Positions 62,162 to 64,000 of a DNA stretch of 64,000 bases are shown piece after piece. Numbering within the stretch: the stretch's first letter is position 1; each line of letters begins with the position of its first letter. The DNA is from Glycera tridactyla (Eukaryota), in contig OZ286459.1 in assembly GCA_965644265.1 (NCBI GenBank), positions 75,020,001-75,084,000 on the forward strand, in the 5' to 3' direction. A program made the position numbers and the translations under genes. Below the pieces are notes generated by a model, which was not told the DNA's origin, did not search any database, and saw nothing but the letters and a program-made list of their open reading frames with translations.

Positions 62162-64000
62162 AAACATAGCCTTCACTGAAGGCGGACCTCGCCTTGGCGA
62201 AGCCACACAACACGCCGCTTCAAGAAAGGCATTTATATCTAAAGTTTACACAAACAAAACAGTGCTGCTTCTTTGATGGGTGCATACAGTTCCTGATTGC
62301 ATTGGAAGACCCAATACATAATTATGCTTGGAAAGGTACCCCATCCATTGCTGGCATTCATCAGGGAATGCTATGAATTGCATCCATGCCAAGTTTGGTG
62401 AGGCTATGTACAGCCACCATCTTTAGAAGAACCCATTTCTGAAAAAACAATTTTCACCCCAAAACAAACCAGGCCTTTGGAAGACCCCATCTATGGCTGG
62501 CATTCATTAGGGAATGCTATGAATTGCATCCAAGCCAAGTTTGGAGTGTCTACAAACAGCCACCATCTTTGGAAAGATCCTTTTCTGAAAAACCAATTTT
62601 CACCCCAAAACCAACCTGGCCTTCTGGGGGACCCCATCTATGACTGGCATTCATTAGGGAATGCTATGAACTGCATCCACGCCAAGTTTGGTGTGGCTAT
62701 GAATAGCCACCATCTTTAGAAAAATCCATTTCTGAAAAAACAATTTTCACCCCAAAACCAACCAGGCCTTTTGGGAGACCCCATCTATGGCTGGCATTCA
62801 TTAGGGAATGCTATGAATTGCATCCAAGCCAAGTTTGGAGTGTCTACGAATAGCCACCATCTTTAGAAAAATCCATTTCTGAAAAACAAATTTTCACCCC
62901 AAAACCAACCAGGCCTATTGGGAGACCCCATCTATGGCTGGCATTCACTAGGGAATGCTATGAATTGCATCCATGCCAAGTTTGGTGTGGCTATGAGAAG
63001 CCACCATCTTTAGAAAGATCCTTTTCTGAAAAACCAATTTTCACCCCAAAACCAATAAGGCCTATTGGGAGACCCCATCTATGGCTAGCATTCATTAGGG
63101 AATGCTTTGAATTGCATCCATGCCAAGTTTGGTGTGGCCATGCACAGCCACCACCTTTAGAAAAATCCATTTCAGAAAGAAAAAAATTCACCCCAAAACC
63201 AACCAGGCCTATTGGGAGACCCCATCTATGGCTGGCATTCATTAGGGAATGCTTTGAATTGCATCCAAGCCAAGTTTGGAGTGCCTACGAACAGCCACCA
63301 TCTTTAGAAAAATCCATTTCTGAAAAAACAATTTTCACCCCAAAATCAACCAGGCCTATTGAGAGACCCCATCTATGGCTGGCATTCATTAGGGAATGCT
63401 ATGAACTGCATCCATGCCAAGTTTGGTGTGGCTATGTACAGCCACCATCTTTAGAAAAATCCATTTCTGAAAAAAACAATTTTCACCCCAAAACCAACCA
63501 GGCCTATTGGGAGACCCCATCTATGGCTGGCATTCATTAGGGAATGCTTTGAATTGCATCCAAGCCAAGTTTGGAGTGCCTACGAACAGCCACCATCTTT
63601 AGAAAAATCCATTTCTGAAAAACCAATTTTCACCCCAAAACCAACCAGGCTCTTTGGGAGACCCCATCTATGGCTGGCATTCATCAGGAAATGTAATAAA
63701 ATGCATCCTTGTAGAGTTTGGCGTGTCCCAGTACTCAAAAATCACTGAAATTGTCAGAGTCCAGTCATTTCAAAAAAGTGAGGTTTTATCCCAAATCTAG
63801 GATACATCACACGACTGGCATGCATACTGCTGTGGTGATGGTTGGATGCCCCCCCCCCCCCTCTCCCCCAGAATACACTGGAGCATGTGTATATCAAATC
63901 TGGTGGACGTAGGGGCCATGGTTGAAGAGTGACCTGACCTGAAGAAAAACTAAGACGTAAAGTCCAATTTCCCACAAATGAGCAATTTCACACCAAAATC
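62162..64000 (-). mobile_element. Second HINE of a related subfamily, running off the window end
   Basis: Same terminal AAACATAGCCTTCACTGAAGGCG as HINE 1 but a different subTIR (ACCTCGCCTTGG, 62186-62197), followed by the same 147-bp monomer array. The other terminus is not in the window. Confidence 0.75.
62335..63720. repeat. 147-bp tandem array inside HINE 2 (about 9.5 units)
   Basis: Anchors at 62456, 62602, 62749, 62896, 63043, 63190, 63337, 63485 and 63632. Confidence 0.95.

Noticed and set aside
62965-63540. 191-aa ORF of 49-aa repeats
   Set aside because: It follows from a 147-bp unit divisible by three. The frame is broken by 146/148-bp units and has stops in array 1, and there are no splice signals or known domain.

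Overview
This is animal genomic DNA, not prokaryotic. It is AT-rich and CpG-depleted, with spliceosomal introns and four short N gaps; a lophotrochozoan-type invertebrate is likely but not provable. The window lies entirely inside one minus-strand gene, a LAR-family (type IIa; PTPRD/PTPRF/PTPRS/Lar) receptor tyrosine phosphatase. Six coding exons covering Ig2, Ig3, FN3-1 and FN3-2 splice together in frame with canonical GT-AG junctions; Ig1 and FN3-3 onward lie outside the window. The introns hold: a 5'-truncated CR1/L2-group LINE with one homopolymer frameshift; two Helentron-type non-autonomous elements (HINE/DINE-1/Pearl-like) carrying arrays of the same 147-bp monomer; several TA-flanked Tc1/mariner-pogo-type MITEs; a 47-bp minisatellite; and microsatellites. 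The best leads are (i) unannotated frame-preserving exon candidates (18 nt, 3 nt, 57/72 nt) at the position of vertebrate mini-exon B, one of which could instead be a terminal exon giving a secreted Ig1-Ig2 form; (ii) a decayed ~2.7-kb reading frame whose motif spacing resembles the cap-methyltransferase end of a mononegavirus L protein (tentative endogenous viral element); (iii) the two HINE arrays, with different subterminal repeats and independent higher-order repeat patterns; and (iv) clustered RFX X-boxes. All analysis was by eye and no database search was run.
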